In this document: positions 19,364-30,786 of the stretch, in pieces
Layout of the letters: each line of letters opens with the position of its first letter
Numbering within the stretch: the first letter of the stretch is position 1
DNA from: an uncultured Gammaproteobacteria bacterium
GTDB lineage: Bacteria > Pseudomonadota > Gammaproteobacteria > CAYNNN01
Length of the DNA stretch: 64,000 bases
Direction: 5' to 3'
NCBI GenBank assembly: GCA_964398665.1
Contig: CAYNNN010000002.1
Span: 929 to 64,928 of the forward strand
Program-made: the position numbers and the translations under genes
Notes under the pieces: model-generated
Told to the model about the DNA's origin: nothing
Databases searched by the model: none
Seen by the model: the letters and a program-made list of their open reading frames with translations, nothing else

Positions 19364-20251
19364 TCAGCCCACGTCCACATCGCCGGATGGTGCGCAACCA
19401 TAACGTTTTTTTGCCGCCTGGGCCTGCGCCAGCCACTGTTGCAGGGCCACCGGGTCAGCCTCGGGCTGCAAACTGCGCTGGACTTGCTGCAATTGCACCT
19501 GCAAACGCTCGCACCACTGCAACAGTGCCGTGCGATTCTGGGTAAAAATCTCCTGCCACAAGGCCGGATCGCTGGCTGCAATCCGGGTAACATCGCGCAA
19601 CGCCCCGGCGCCATACCCAAAAATGGCGCCACTCGGGTCAGCTTCCCGTAGGGCTGCAACCAGCGCGTAGGCCATGACATGAGGTAAATGGCTGGTCCCG
19701 GCAAGGATCTCATCGTGACTGACCGCATCCATCTGGCTAACCTGGGCACCGACTTGCGTCCACAGCGCCGTCACGGCGGCGATAGCCTCAGGGTCGGTGT
19801 CCGGACGTGGGGTCAGAATCACCCGGCGCCGGGCAAATAACCGGGCTTGCGCAGCGGCTATCCCGCTTTGCTCGCTGCCGGCCAACGGATGTCCGGCAAC
19901 CAGGCGCGGGGGCACATAGCCCCAAACTGCCTCGCAATCGGCGTAAATCTGCTGCTTGACGCTCCCCACATCAGTCAGCATCTGGGCCGGGTGCCAGTGG
20001 GGCCGGATCTGGGCCAGCAAATCCCGATAAGCACCCAGCGGCGCGGCCAGCAGGATCAGATCGGCCCCCTGCACAGCCTCGGCCACACTGGTCGCGCCCG
20101 CATCCAGGACACCCAGGGCCTGCGCCTGGGTCAACGTCTCGGACCGCCGGGCATAACCGATGATCTGACCTTGCCAGCCACTTTGGCGCAGCCCCAGGGC
20201 CAGCGAACCGCCGATCAGCCCCACGCCCAGCAGGGCGATGCGCCGAATCAC
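19364..20251 (-). CDS. tyrA: Prephenate/arogenate dehydrogenase
   Basis: NAD-binding IALLGVGLIGGS and the TyrA core. Sits in the aromatic cluster next to hisC and pheA. Confidence 0.85.
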   Translation of the reverse strand: MIRRIALLGVGLIGGSLALGLRQSGWQGQIIGYARRSETLTQAQALGVLDAGATSVAEAVQGADLILLAAPLGAYRDLLAQIRPHWHPAQMLTDVGSVKQQIYADCEAVWGYVPPRLVAGHPLAGSEQSGIAAAQARLFARRRVILTPRPDTDPEAIAAVTALWTQVGAQVSQMDAVSHDEILAGTSHLPHVMAYALVAALREADPSGAIFGYGAGALRDVTRIAASDPALWQEIFTQNRTALLQWCERLQVQLQQVQRSLQPEADPVALQQWLAQAQAAKKRYGCAPSGDVDVG

Positions 20252-21366
20252 CGCAATACCTCAGTCAATGCATTGATTAAACGCTGATTTTGTCCTGGCA
20301 GACCTACACTGATGCGCAAATGCTGCGGCAAGCCGTACTCGGCTACCGGACGTGTGATCAGACCATGACGGAGCAAGGCTTCAAAGACCGGACGGGCCGG
20401 ACGCCCCAGATCGACACAGACAAAATTCCCGACCGAGGGGATGACCGCCAGACCTAATGCCGTCAGGGCAGCAGTCAACTGCGCACGCGCCTGGGCATTC
20501 AGTTGCACGGTGGCGGCCACGTGGGCAACATCGGCCAAAGCAGCCGTGGCAGCGGCCAGGGCCACGCTGTTGACATTGAAGGGCTGGCGGATACGGTTGA
20601 ACAGATCGGCCAATTCCACGCTGCTGAGCGCATAACCAACTCGCAGGCCTGCCAGCCCGTAGGCTTTGGAAAAAGTGCGCGTCACCACCAGATTGGGAAA
20701 TTCCGCCAGCCAGGTGCTGGCATCAGGGTAGTCGGGGGTCGTGACATACTCCACATAGGCCTCATCCACCACGACCACCACTTCAGTAGGTATCTGGCGC
20801 AACAGGCCGTACAACTCGGACCGAGACAGATAGGTGCCTGTCGGATTATTGGGATTGGCAATGAACAGCAACCGGGTTTCCGCAGTCAGGGCCGCCAGCA
20901 GGCTTTCGGCGTCATGACCATAGCGCACCCCACGCCGGCCATCATGTGCAGGCGCGACCTGCGCCAGCGCACTCGTGGCACGGATAACAATGGGATAAAC
21001 GATGAAGGCGTGCTCGGCATATACTGCTGCCCGACCCGGCCCCAGGAATGTCCGGGCGATGATGTCCAGCACGTCGTTGGAGCCATTGCCCAGGGTAATT
21101 TGACTCAGTGTCACCCCATGTTTGGCCGCCAGGGCCAGCTTGAGCTGATGGCCGTTGGCATCCGGGTAAAGGCCCACGGTCGCCAGAGCGGTCTGGGCGG
21201 CGGCCAAAGCCTGTGGGCTGGGACCGAGCGGATTTTCATTCGAGGCCAGCTTGGCCGCGCCGGTAATCCCGAGTTCACGTTCCAGTTCCGCCAGGGGCTT
21301 ACCCGGTTGATAGGGCTGGAGCTGGGCCAGACCGGGCATCGCTAGGGACAGGTAAGGCTTGGTCAT
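20248..21366 (-). CDS. hisC: Histidinol-phosphate/aromatic aminotransferase (class II PLP)
   Basis: ASNENPLGPSP motif and PLP-Lys region (TFSKAYGLAGLRVGY). Start trimmed to MTKPYL at 21366. Confidence 0.85.
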   Translation of the reverse strand: MTKPYLSLAMPGLAQLQPYQPGKPLAELERELGITGAAKLASNENPLGPSPQALAAAQTALATVGLYPDANGHQLKLALAAKHGVTLSQITLGNGSNDVLDIIARTFLGPGRAAVYAEHAFIVYPIVIRATSALAQVAPAHDGRRGVRYGHDAESLLAALTAETRLLFIANPNNPTGTYLSRSELYGLLRQIPTEVVVVVDEAYVEYVTTPDYPDASTWLAEFPNLVVTRTFSKAYGLAGLRVGYALSSVELADLFNRIRQPFNVNSVALAAATAALADVAHVAATVQLNAQARAQLTAALTALGLAVIPSVGNFVCVDLGRPARPVFEALLRHGLITRPVAEYGLPQHLRISVGLPGQNQRLINALTEVLR

Positions 21367-21379
21367 AAAAAAGCTCAAA

Positions 21380-22465
21380 TCAATTGGCAATGGCTTTGGG
21401 GTAAGCCCCCAGAATGCGAAACTCGGAAGCACTTTCCCGCACCGCAGCCAGGGCGGCGGCCACAGCGGGTTCCTGGGCATGACCTTCGCTGTCTACAAAA
21501 AACACATAATCCCACGCAGCCCGGCGGGAAGGCCGGGACTCAATGCGGCTCAGGCTGACGCCGTGGCGGGCAAACGGTTCCAGCAGGCGATACAAGGCGC
21601 CGGGCTGATTGGAAGTAGCCAGCAGCAGGCTGGTCTTGTCCGCACCGCTGGGTGGCACGGACTGCTTGCCGATCACCAGAAAGCGGGTTGTGTTATTGGG
21701 GTCATCCTCAATACGGGCCGCCAGGGTTTGCAACCCATACAACTGGGCGGCAGCTTCGCTGGCAATGGCTGCTGCCTGTGCTTCGTCCTGTACGCGCCGG
21801 GCGGCCTCACCATTGCTACTGACGGGTACGGTGCTGACCTGAGGCAGGTGCTGGCTCAGCCAGCGCTGGCATTGCGCCAGCGCCTGCGGATGCGCATACA
21901 CACATCGGACCTGCGTCAAATCCCCCGTTCTGGCCAGCAGGTGGTGATGGACCGGCAGCAGGATTTCACCACAGATATGCAGGGTGGAACCCAAAAAACA
22001 ATCCAGGGTATGGGTCACTGCACCTTCACTGGAATTTTCAATCGGCACCACGCCGTAATGCACGGCATCGGCCTCGACTTCGCGGAATACGTCGGTGATG
22101 GTGGCCAGTGGCGCCAGTTCCACCGTCTGGCCAAACTGCTTCAAGGCAGCCTGCTGCGTATAGGTACCGGGTGGCCCCAGATAAGCCACCCGGGTCGGCG
22201 CCTGCAACTGGCGACACACAGCCATGATTTCCCGAAACAGACCCTGCATGGTCGCCACACTGAGCGGGCCTTGCTGACGGGCTGCAACAGCACGCAGGAT
22301 TTGCGCCTCACGCTCGGGCCGATAAACATCGGCCCCAGCCCCGGCGTTACGCTTGCTGGCCACCACCGCCTGGGCCAGCGTGGCCCGTGCATTGAGCAGT
22401 TCCTGCAACTGAAGGTCAATCTGGTCAATCTGGGCACGCAACTGGCCCAGGTCGAAGGTGTTCAT
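21380..22465 (-). CDS. pheA: Bifunctional chorismate mutase / prephenate dehydratase
   Basis: N-terminal CM domain (LRAQIDQIDLQLQELLNARA), PDT domain (VAYLGPPGTYTQQAA...) and a C-terminal ACT domain. Confidence 0.9.
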   Translation of the reverse strand: MNTFDLGQLRAQIDQIDLQLQELLNARATLAQAVVASKRNAGAGADVYRPEREAQILRAVAARQQGPLSVATMQGLFREIMAVCRQLQAPTRVAYLGPPGTYTQQAALKQFGQTVELAPLATITDVFREVEADAVHYGVVPIENSSEGAVTHTLDCFLGSTLHICGEILLPVHHHLLARTGDLTQVRCVYAHPQALAQCQRWLSQHLPQVSTVPVSSNGEAARRVQDEAQAAAIASEAAAQLYGLQTLAARIEDDPNNTTRFLVIGKQSVPPSGADKTSLLLATSNQPGALYRLLEPFARHGVSLSRIESRPSRRAAWDYVFFVDSEGHAQEPAVAAALAAVRESASEFRILGAYPKAIAN

Positions 22466-23631
22466 CCGACTTTACGCACCGCCAGCACGCCATTGATGGC
22501 TGCAATCTGGGCCAGGATGTCTGCGGTCAGCGGGGTGTTGACATCCACCAGGGTATAGGCCAGATCGCCTCGGGAGCGGTTGACAATTTCGCTGATGTTG
22601 ATGCCCGCCGTGCCCAGATCGGAGGTCAGCTGGCCCAGCATGTTGGGCACATTGGCATTGACCACCGCCAGCCGGCAGCAACCCTCGGACTTGGGCATGG
22701 CCACTTCCGGGAAATTCACCGAATTGCGGATATTGCCATTCTCCAGATAATCCCGCACCTGATCGGCCACCATCACTGCACAGTTTTCTTCGGCTTCTTC
22801 GGTAGAAGCCCCGATATGCGGCAAGGCGATGACTTTGGAATGGTCCTTGATCAGGTTATTTGGGAAATCACAGACATAAGCCCGGAGTTTATCGCTGTCC
22901 AGCCCGGCCAGCACGGCCGCATCATCCACAATGCCATAACGGGCAAAGTTCAGGATCACGGCGCCCTTTTTCAAGAGCTTGATCCGATCCTCGTTCAACA
23001 GGTTCCTGGTTGCGTTGTTGAGCGGCACATGGAACGTGATGAAATCCGAGCGCATCAGCAAATCATCGAGGCTCAGGGCCTGCTGCACCTGTGCGGACAA
23101 CTGCCAGGCACCCTGGACGGTAATGCCGGGGTCATAACCGATGACCTTCATACCTAAGGCAATCGCGGCGTTAGCCACTTTGACCCCGATGGCACCCAGA
23201 CCCACCACACCCAGGGTGCGGTTGGGTAGCTCAAATCCGGCAAAACGCTTTTTCTCTTTTTCCATCTGGGCATTCATGCTGGCGTCATCGCCCTGCAGGG
23301 TGCGCGCATATTGCCAGGCTGCGCCGATATTGCGATAGGCCATCAGCATCCCGGCCAGCACCAGTTCTTTCACGGCATTGGCATTGGCACCGGGGGCATT
23401 GAACACCACCACGCCCCGCTGGCTGCACTTGTCCACGGGGATGTTGTTGACCCCGGCACCCGCCCGCCCGATGGCCACCACCGAACCCGGCAGCTCCAGC
23501 GCGTGCATATTGTGCGAGCGCACCAGAATCGCATCAGGATGCGCGATCTCGGAGGCCACTTCGTAGCGATCACGTGGCAGACGTTCCAGCCCGGCGACCG
23601 AAATATTATTCAACGTGAGAATTTTGAACAT
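22462..23631 (-). CDS. serA: D-3-phosphoglycerate dehydrogenase (with C-terminal ACT domain)
   Basis: 2-hydroxyacid dehydrogenase NAD motif GLGAIGVKVA, catalytic HIGASTEEA, ACT tail. Start at MFKILT. Confidence 0.85.
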   Translation of the reverse strand: MFKILTLNNISVAGLERLPRDRYEVASEIAHPDAILVRSHNMHALELPGSVVAIGRAGAGVNNIPVDKCSQRGVVVFNAPGANANAVKELVLAGMLMAYRNIGAAWQYARTLQGDDASMNAQMEKEKKRFAGFELPNRTLGVVGLGAIGVKVANAAIALGMKVIGYDPGITVQGAWQLSAQVQQALSLDDLLMRSDFITFHVPLNNATRNLLNEDRIKLLKKGAVILNFARYGIVDDAAVLAGLDSDKLRAYVCDFPNNLIKDHSKVIALPHIGASTEEAEENCAVMVADQVRDYLENGNIRNSVNFPEVAMPKSEGCCRLAVVNANVPNMLGQLTSDLGTAGINISEIVNRSRGDLAYTLVDVNTPLTADILAQIAAINGVLAVRKVG

Positions 23632-23648
23632 CTTTCCTCCAGAAGGCA

Positions 23649-24734
23649 TTAACCGTGACGTTGGGCAAAGTCCTGCATGAAGCCAGTCAGGGCCTCAACC
23701 CCCGCTTCGGGCATGGCGTTGTAAATGCTGGCCCGCATCCCACCCACGGAGCGATGGCCTTTGAGCGTGGTCAGCCCGACCGCCTTGGCCGCTTTCAGGA
23801 ACGGGTCATCCAGGGCGGCATCCTTGAGAATGAATGGCACGTTCATCCAGGACCGACTGTCAACCGCCACCGGATTACGATAAAAACCCCCGGACTGATC
23901 AATCGCGGCATACAATCTGGCGGCCTTGCGCTGGTTAATTTCCGCCATCGCACTCAGGCCGCCCAGTTGCCTGAGCCACTGGAACACCAGGCCGGCGATA
24001 TACCAGGCATAGGTCGGCGGGGTATTCAGCATCGAGCCTTCCTTGGCGTGGGCCGCGTAGTTGAACATGGTCGGAGTATGGGGCAACACCTGCCCCAGCA
24101 GGTCTTCACGTACAATGACAATCGTCAGCCCCGCCGGACCGATATTTTTTTGGGCACCGGCATAAATCAGGCCAAATTTCTCCACGGGCAATGGCCGGGA
24201 CAGCAAGGTGGAAGACATATCCGCCACCAGCGGTACCGACCCGGTCTCGGGGATCCAGCCAAATTCCACCCCGCCGATGGTCTCATTCGGGGTGTAATGC
24301 ACATAGGCCGCATCTGCGTCCAGCTGCCACTCGGTTTGTGGGGGCACATGGCTGAAGTGGCTGGACTGACTGCTCGCCACCACATTGACCTGGGCATAAC
24401 GGCTGGCTTCTTCGATGGCCTTTTTCGACCAGGCCCCGGTGTTGACATAATCGGCGCGGGTTTTACCCCGCAGCAGATTCAAAGGCACCATGGCAAACTG
24501 GCTGCTGGCCCCGCCCTGGAGAAACAAAACCTTATAATGGGCTGGAATCGCTAGTAATTCCCGCAGGTCAGCTTCGGCCGTCTCGGCAATCTGGATATAT
24601 TCCTTGCCGCGATGGCTCATTTCCATCACCGACATGCCAGTGCCATGCCAATCCAGCAGCTCGGCCTGCGCCTGTTCCAGCACTGCCTGGGGCAGCATCG
24701 CCGGCCCGGCGCTAAAATTATAAACTCGTTTCAT
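23649..24734 (-). CDS. serC: Phosphoserine aminotransferase
   Basis: [16 protein letters not shown]-terminus and the class-V aminotransferase core. Confidence 0.9.
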   Translation of the reverse strand: MKRVYNFSAGPAMLPQAVLEQAQAELLDWHGTGMSVMEMSHRGKEYIQIAETAEADLRELLAIPAHYKVLFLQGGASSQFAMVPLNLLRGKTRADYVNTGAWSKKAIEEASRYAQVNVVASSQSSHFSHVPPQTEWQLDADAAYVHYTPNETIGGVEFGWIPETGSVPLVADMSSTLLSRPLPVEKFGLIYAGAQKNIGPAGLTIVIVREDLLGQVLPHTPTMFNYAAHAKEGSMLNTPPTYAWYIAGLVFQWLRQLGGLSAMAEINQRKAARLYAAIDQSGGFYRNPVAVDSRSWMNVPFILKDAALDDPFLKAAKAVGLTTLKGHRSVGGMRASIYNAMPEAGVEALTGFMQDFAQRHG

Positions 24735-27273
24735 CGGTTACCTCAGTGAGTGTCGTTGCAAGCTGTTCGGCGCTGACCAGAAATTCACCGTCCTGAAGGC
24801 TGATCAGCTTAACACCTTGGGCGTTGCGTCCGGTTTGGCGAATTTCGCCGCAGCGGGTGCGGATCAAGGTGCCGCCGTTGGTGATCAGCAGTAACTCATC
24901 CTGTTCCCGGACCTGGAGCGCCCCGACCAACTGGCCATTGCGGGTGCTCAACTGCATGGCGATTACGCCCTGACCACCGCGTCCACGCAGCGGGAATTCG
25001 GCCACCGGGGTGCGCTTGCCATAACCATTGGCGCTCAGGGTGAGAACTTCCCCTTCCGGGGCAATGACGATCAGCGAGATGACCGACTGGTTTTCCAACA
25101 GGCGCATCCCACGCACCCCGGTAGCGGTGCGCCCCAGTGAACGCGCTTCCTCCTCGTGAAAACGCAGGGCCTTGCCCGCATCGGAACACAGGAGGATTTC
25201 CTGCTGGCCATCCGTCAGGGCCACCCCGATCAGGCGATCATCCGTACGTAAATCCACCGCGATGATGCCCCCCGGGCGAGGCCGGGCAAATTCGCTCAGC
25301 GGAGTCTTCTTCACCGTGCCTTGGCGGGTGGCCATGAACACATAGCGCCCGGCGTCGAATTCGCGCACGGGCAACAGGGTCGTGATGCGTTCTCCGGCAC
25401 TCAGGGGCATGAAATTCACGATGGGCTTGCCCAGCGCGTTGCGTTCGGCACGCGGCAGTTCATAAACCTTGATCCAGTACAACCGTCCCAGGCTGGAAAA
25501 GCAGAGCAGGGTGTCATGGGCCGTCGCAGCCACCAGGTGTTCCACCCGGTCTTCATCCTTCAGGCCCGTCGCCAGCTTGCCGCGCCCACCCCGTTTCTGG
25601 GCCACATAACTGGTCTGAGGCTGCGCCTTGATGTAGCCGCTGCGCGAGAGCGTGACCAGCAACGGGGTATCATCAATCAGGTCTTCAGTACGAAAATTTT
25701 GCTGCACCCCGACCAGTTCGGTACGGCGCGGATCGGCAAATTCGGCGCGCAACTGGAGTAACTCCTCGCGCAACACCTGCGCCAGCCGGACCGGATTATG
25801 CAAGATTTCCAGCAAATCATGCACCTGTGCAGCCAGATCCAGATATTCACCGGTAATCTTGTCCTGCTCCAGGGCTGTCAGCCGCTGTAACTGCAAATCC
25901 AGAATGGCTTTGGCCTGGATTTCGGACAGGCGGTAACGTTCGCCCTGCAAGCCGGCCTCGGCGTCGAGTTGCTCGGGGCGCAACTGGGCACAGTCTGCCC
26001 GCTGCAACAGCTCACCCACCTGCGCTACCGGCCAGGTCTGCGCCAACAGAACCTGCCGGGCCGCAGCGGGAGAAGGCGCGGACTTAATCAGCGCAATCAC
26101 GGCGTCCAGGTGCGCCAAAGCCACCGCCAGCCCTTCGAGAATATGTGCCCGTGCGCGTGCCCGGCCCAGTTCGTAGCGGCTGCGCCGGGTGATCACCACC
26201 CGACGATGTTGCAGGAATGCCTCCAGAATCTGCTTCAGGTTCAACAGGCGAGGCTCACCGCCCAGCAATGCGACCATGTTGAAACTGAAGGCAGTTTCCA
26301 GCGCCGTTTGCTGATATAGGTTATTGACCAGCACAGCAGCGTTCTCCCCACGCCGCACCTCGATCACCACCCGCATCCCGTCCTTGTCGGACTCGTCGCG
26401 CAGTTCGCTAATACCCTGAATTTTCTTGTCCTTGACCAGTTCAGCAATCTGTTCGATCAGGCGTGCCTTATTGACCTGATATGGCAATTCGGTGACGATG
26501 ATGCTTTCCCGACCACTTTTATCCTGCTCGATTTCATGGCGTGCCCGGAGCAGAATCCGTCCCCGGCCCGTATGATACGCATCAGCAATGCCCTCAATGC
26601 CGTTGATCAGGCCCGCCGTGGGAAAATCCGGTCCCGGCAGGTAGCGCATCAGCGCAGCGATTTCAAGTTCCGGCTCAGCCAGCAGGGCCAGCAAGGCGTC
26701 CACCACTTCGCCCAGATTGTGGGGCGGAATGTTGGTGGCCATCCCGACTGCAATCCCCGTTGCCCCATTGACCAGCAGGTTGGGCGACCGGGTAGGCAAA
26801 ACGGTGGGTTCGGTTTCGGCATCATCATAATTGGGAATGAAATCTACCGTATCCAGATCCAGATCGGCCAGCAGGCTATGGGCAATCCGGCTCATGCGCA
26901 CCTCGGTGTAGCGCATGGCTGCCGGCGGGTCACCGTCTACCGAGCCGAAGTTGCCCTGGCCGTCGATCAGGGGATAACGCATGGAAAAGGTCTGCGCCAT
27001 CCGCACCAGTGCGTCATAGACGGCCAATTCGCCATGCGGATGATATTTGCCGATCACGTCACCGACGATACGCGCCGATTTTTTATACGGCTTGTTATGC
27101 TGGACGCCCAGTTCCTGCATCGCATACAACACCCGCCGATGCACCGGTTTCAGCCCGTCGCGCACATCCGGCAGAGCGCGCCCGATGATCACCCGCATGG
27201 CGTAGGCCATGTAGGACTGGCGCATCTCCTCTTCGATGTTGATGGGAAGCAGTTCTTTGGCGAAAGCGACCAT
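24718..27273 (-). CDS. gyrA: DNA gyrase subunit A
   Basis: [28 protein letters not shown], the active-site Tyr region and a GyrA C-terminal beta-pinwheel. 851 aa. Confidence 0.95.
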   Translation of the reverse strand: MVAFAKELLPINIEEEMRQSYMAYAMRVIIGRALPDVRDGLKPVHRRVLYAMQELGVQHNKPYKKSARIVGDVIGKYHPHGELAVYDALVRMAQTFSMRYPLIDGQGNFGSVDGDPPAAMRYTEVRMSRIAHSLLADLDLDTVDFIPNYDDAETEPTVLPTRSPNLLVNGATGIAVGMATNIPPHNLGEVVDALLALLAEPELEIAALMRYLPGPDFPTAGLINGIEGIADAYHTGRGRILLRARHEIEQDKSGRESIIVTELPYQVNKARLIEQIAELVKDKKIQGISELRDESDKDGMRVVIEVRRGENAAVLVNNLYQQTALETAFSFNMVALLGGEPRLLNLKQILEAFLQHRRVVITRRSRYELGRARARAHILEGLAVALAHLDAVIALIKSAPSPAAARQVLLAQTWPVAQVGELLQRADCAQLRPEQLDAEAGLQGERYRLSEIQAKAILDLQLQRLTALEQDKITGEYLDLAAQVHDLLEILHNPVRLAQVLREELLQLRAEFADPRRTELVGVQQNFRTEDLIDDTPLLVTLSRSGYIKAQPQTSYVAQKRGGRGKLATGLKDEDRVEHLVAATAHDTLLCFSSLGRLYWIKVYELPRAERNALGKPIVNFMPLSAGERITTLLPVREFDAGRYVFMATRQGTVKKTPLSEFARPRPGGIIAVDLRTDDRLIGVALTDGQQEILLCSDAGKALRFHEEEARSLGRTATGVRGMRLLENQSVISLIVIAPEGEVLTLSANGYGKRTPVAEFPLRGRGGQGVIAMQLSTRNGQLVGALQVREQDELLLITNGGTLIRTRCGEIRQTGRNAQGVKLISLQDGEFLVSAEQLATTLTEVTDETSL

Positions 27274-27368
27274 GCGGATACCTGGAAAAATGAACCGCCA
27301 ATCCTACCACAGGCGCTGCGGTTTTCGCAGCGCCCGCCCGGTGGCCGGCATGCTTCTGTTGCAGTCGC

Positions 27369-27935
27369 TCAGGGCAGGGCCTGGTACAAGCCCTGGGTAC
27401 GGATGTAGTCCACCACCGGCGCCCCCAGCAGCGGGTAAAGCGCGGCAAAATCCAGTTCGCCACGCCAGGCCCGGGCCAGGGCGGCCCGACATAAGCTACT
27501 GCGTCCAGGCACGCGCTCGGCCACCACCCAGGGCTGGAAATCGCGCGCCAGGGCCTCGGCCTCATGAAAGCGCGCCCAGACCTGCGGCTGGGCATTATCC
27601 GGGCCAATGACCAGGCGCACCGGCTGTTGCAGGCGGCGCTGGAGTTCTTGCAGGACGGGATAGGTATAAATTGGCCCCTGGCCACCTTGAGCAGCGAGTA
27701 ATTCGGCCTCCAGCGGGCAGATGACCACGGGCTGGGTGGCTGACCAGTGGTGCTGGCCCAATTCCAGCATGGCCAGCCGATGGGCCCAGGCCACAGGCTG
27801 CTTGCCGAAGGCATGGCTGGCGCTGGGCAGCAGCCAGACTCCGGCGGCCTCGGGGTACACCTGCGCCACGCTGTCCCAATGTCCGGCATGAGGCGGGTCG
27901 AAGGTTGCGCCCAGCACGGCGACAGGTCGGGTCAT
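27369..27935 (-). CDS. Cytidylyltransferase-fold protein resembling nicotinate/nicotinamide-nucleotide adenylyltransferase (NadD-like)
   Basis: LGATFDPPHAGH fits the (H/T)xGH nucleotidyltransferase motif of the NadD/NadR family. Short at 188 aa. Confidence 0.5.
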   Translation of the reverse strand: MTRPVAVLGATFDPPHAGHWDSVAQVYPEAAGVWLLPSASHAFGKQPVAWAHRLAMLELGQHHWSATQPVVICPLEAELLAAQGGQGPIYTYPVLQELQRRLQQPVRLVIGPDNAQPQVWARFHEAEALARDFQPWVVAERVPGRSSLCRAALARAWRGELDFAALYPLLGAPVVDYIRTQGLYQALP

Positions 27936-28882
27936 AGTCCGGGGTTGGTGCTGGTTACCAGATGCACGCCCTGGGCAGCAAATTCCCTGAGGGCCGCCTC
28001 AGCCAGGGCCGGAAAATCCGGTCCACCCGGCAGCCGGGGGACCGGACTCATGCAGTCCACCAGCAGATACAAGCGTCCGATGGCTTCCGGAGCGGTTGCC
28101 TGCATCCGGCGGACCAGCGAGGCGACTGTTTCCGGCACACAGTGGCTGGAGGCTTCGCCAAAGATATAAATCCGGTCATAGCCCAGCAATTCGGCATACA
28201 AGGCAGCGTCAAAATCACCTACGGGCGTATCGCCCACCGTTTTGACCTCGGGTTCCAGGGCGCTGTAATTTTCGGTCCAGGGATGTTCGCCCTTGAGGAT
28301 GTAACGGGTCGGACTGTGCCGCAACAGCGCATGGTACAAGGCCGCTTCCTGCACGGCAGGTACCAGGGCATGACTCAGACCGCCCAGCAGGGTGTGATAG
28401 GGCCAGATGACCAGCTGCCTGCGCCCGGTGCGTTCCAGGGCTTCGCAGTAGGCCAGGGCACGCGCCGGGGCGCTGGGGGCTTGCCAGCGGCCAGCCCGCA
28501 CCTCGGCAGCGCTGATGAGGGTGAACGGTGCAGGCGGCTGGCCGCTGGCATCCTGCCAGAAGGCAGGATGGAAAATCTGAAAGGCGGAGTGGGTATCCAG
28601 CGAGAAAAACAGCCGGGTCAGCCGCCCTGCATGGGTATAGATGAAGTGCAGGGCACGGTTCATGTCTGCCACGGCGCCGGGCACTTGCAAGCTGGCCCCC
28701 GGTGTGATGAACCCAGTCTGGCAATCAATGCCTAGCACGGCGATGCGCAGGCCATCGTCGGCCGCCGGGGCAACCGGCGCGGTTTGCTGATGCGTTCGGA
28801 CCGCTGCCGCGACCGTCGCTGCACGTTCCAGCCAAAGCTGGCCGGTTTGGTCAGGGTCAAAATAGCTAGGCAACATGGTCAC
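27932..28882 (-). CDS. Isochorismatase-family cysteine hydrolase (long nicotinamidase-like)
   Basis: Isochorismatase-like core (IAVLGIDCQTGF ... catalytic Cys in FGEASSHCV). Start/stop overlap with the NadD-like gene. Confidence 0.6.
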   Translation of the reverse strand: MTMLPSYFDPDQTGQLWLERAATVAAAVRTHQQTAPVAPAADDGLRIAVLGIDCQTGFITPGASLQVPGAVADMNRALHFIYTHAGRLTRLFFSLDTHSAFQIFHPAFWQDASGQPPAPFTLISAAEVRAGRWQAPSAPARALAYCEALERTGRRQLVIWPYHTLLGGLSHALVPAVQEAALYHALLRHSPTRYILKGEHPWTENYSALEPEVKTVGDTPVGDFDAALYAELLGYDRIYIFGEASSHCVPETVASLVRRMQATAPEAIGRLYLLVDCMSPVPRLPGGPDFPALAEAALREFAAQGVHLVTSTNPGL

Positions 28883-28889
28883 CTCTTTG

Positions 28890-28935
28890 GTGTCAATTTG
28901 ACACTAACTTAAACGCACTTCGTAAACTTGTCAAG
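28890..28935. promoter_or_regulatory. Two TGTCAA/TTGACA-containing palindromes (GTGTCAA-T-TTGACAC and CTTG-T-CAAG) in the divergent promoter region
   Basis: 28890-28904 is a perfect 7-1-7 palindrome. 28927-28935 is a 4-1-4 palindrome. Both lie in the 71-bp gap between divergent genes. Confidence 0.35.
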
Positions 28936-28953
28936 CTGTGCTAATTTTTCCTT

Positions 28954-30786
28954 ATGAACCTATCCGCACCCCTGAACCATACCCTGACGCTAGCGCCTGA
29001 GGCCCACGAATATCAGGTGCACTTGCTGGTACCCAGCCCTGACCCCCAAGGCCAGCGCCTGCGCTTGCCAGCCTGGGTGCCCGGCAGCTACCTGATTCGA
29101 GATTTTGCCCGGCACGTCATCCAGCTGGAAGCCTGTTGTGCAGACAGGCCACTGGAGGTGCACAAGCAGGACAAGCACACCTGGGTGTGTGCCCCCTGCA
29201 TGGGTCCGCTGGAAGTGCGCTATCGGGTGTATGCGTTTGATAAATCGGTACGCGGGGCATATCTGGACGATATGCAGGGCTTTTTTGATGGTGCCGCCTT
29301 GCTGTTGCAGGTTCTGGGTCAGGAAGATGCCCCCTGTCGGTTATGTCTGCCGCCGCCCTTGCAGCCCGCTTTGGCGACCTGGCAGGTGGCAACTGCGATG
29401 CAGCCCCAGGCGGTGGACTCGGCCGGGTTTGGGGTCTATCAGGCTGAAGATTATGCCGCGATGATCGATCATCCCTTCCTGTTGGGCCATCTGGAACGCT
29501 ACCCTTTTGAAGTGGGAGGCATTCCTCATCAGTTGGCGGTGCAGGGACGTCATGGCGGGGATATGACCCGGCTGTTGCGGGATATGCATGCCATCTGCAC
29601 GGCTGCGCTGGCCCTGTTTGGGGCCAGCCCGGTCCTGCATTATGTCTTCCTGCTGCGAGTGGTGGATGAAGGTTACGGGGGACTGGAGCATCGGCATTCC
29701 TGTCACCTGCTGGCCAGTCGGGACGATTTACCCCGCTTCGGGTTAGCGGCACCGTCTTCGGATTACCGCAAACTGCTGGGACTGATCAGCCACGAATATT
29801 TTCACACCTGGTGGGTAAAAAGTCTCAAGCCGCGCTGTTTCCAGCCCTATGACCTGACTCGGGAAACTTATACCGGGCTGCTATGGGTGTTCGAGGGTAT
29901 CACGTCTTATTACGACGACCTGCTGCTGCTGCGGGCCGGCGTGATCAGCCTGGAGAGCTATCTGGAATTGCTGGCCCAGAATATCACTCGCCTGTGGCGC
30001 ACGCCGGGGCGACAACAGCAGAGCCTGGCCGAATCGAGCTTTGACGCCTGGATCAAGTTTTATCAGCCTAACGAAAATACCCTCAACACCCAGGTCAGTT
30101 ACTATCTCAAGGGCGGTCTGGTGGCCTTGTTGCTGGACGTGGCCTTGCGCCAGCACAGTGCAGATCGGCATAGCCTGGACACCCTGGTACGCACACTGTG
30201 GCAGACGCATGCGTCCAGTGGTCTGGGCGAAACCGAGTTCGAGGCTCAGGCCAGCCTACAGGCCGGGGTGGATCTGAGTGCATTTTTTGCCCGGACCGTA
30301 CAGGGGACGATGGAACTGGATCTTGGTCCGGCGCTGGCCCAGTTCGGAATCCGGCTGCACGCGCTGCCCGCAACCAGCCTGAACGATGGCGGGGGCTATC
30401 TGGCGCAGGTTCCGGCCCCCGAACGCCTGCCCCGGATAACCCTGGGTGCGCACTGGAATGTCCAGATGGGCGAAATCGCCCTGCTGACTCAGGTGGTCCA
30501 CAACGGACCTGCCCAACAGGCGGGCCTGAGTCCGGGCGACGTGCTGATCGCGGTGGATGGCCTGCGGGTTACCGGCCGCACCCTGGACGCCCGCCTGCAG
30601 GTGCATGCACCGGATGCGCGTGTAGAACTGCACTATTTCCGTCGCGATGAATTGCGCACGGCCTCGGTGCAATTGCGGGCAGCAACGCCTGATACCTGCT
30701 ATCTGAGCGTGTCTGAGCACTTGCCCCCGCCGATGCAGGCGCGGCAACAGGGCTGGGTCCGACCTGGCGGAATTCCGGAGACGTGA
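28954..30786 (+). CDS. Peptidase M61 (glycyl aminopeptidase family) with C-terminal PDZ domain
   Basis: HEYFHTWWVKSL (HExxH) in an M61-like N-domain. C-terminal PDZ-like segment (ALLTQVVHNGPAQQAGLSPGDVLIAVDG). Confidence 0.7.
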   Translation: MNLSAPLNHTLTLAPEAHEYQVHLLVPSPDPQGQRLRLPAWVPGSYLIRDFARHVIQLEACCADRPLEVHKQDKHTWVCAPCMGPLEVRYRVYAFDKSVRGAYLDDMQGFFDGAALLLQVLGQEDAPCRLCLPPPLQPALATWQVATAMQPQAVDSAGFGVYQAEDYAAMIDHPFLLGHLERYPFEVGGIPHQLAVQGRHGGDMTRLLRDMHAICTAALALFGASPVLHYVFLLRVVDEGYGGLEHRHSCHLLASRDDLPRFGLAAPSSDYRKLLGLISHEYFHTWWVKSLKPRCFQPYDLTRETYTGLLWVFEGITSYYDDLLLLRAGVISLESYLELLAQNITRLWRTPGRQQQSLAESSFDAWIKFYQPNENTLNTQVSYYLKGGLVALLLDVALRQHSADRHSLDTLVRTLWQTHASSGLGETEFEAQASLQAGVDLSAFFARTVQGTMELDLGPALAQFGIRLHALPATSLNDGGGYLAQVPAPERLPRITLGAHWNVQMGEIALLTQVVHNGPAQQAGLSPGDVLIAVDGLRVTGRTLDARLQVHAPDARVELHYFRRDELRTASVQLRAATPDTCYLSVSEHLPPPMQARQQGWVRPGGIPET

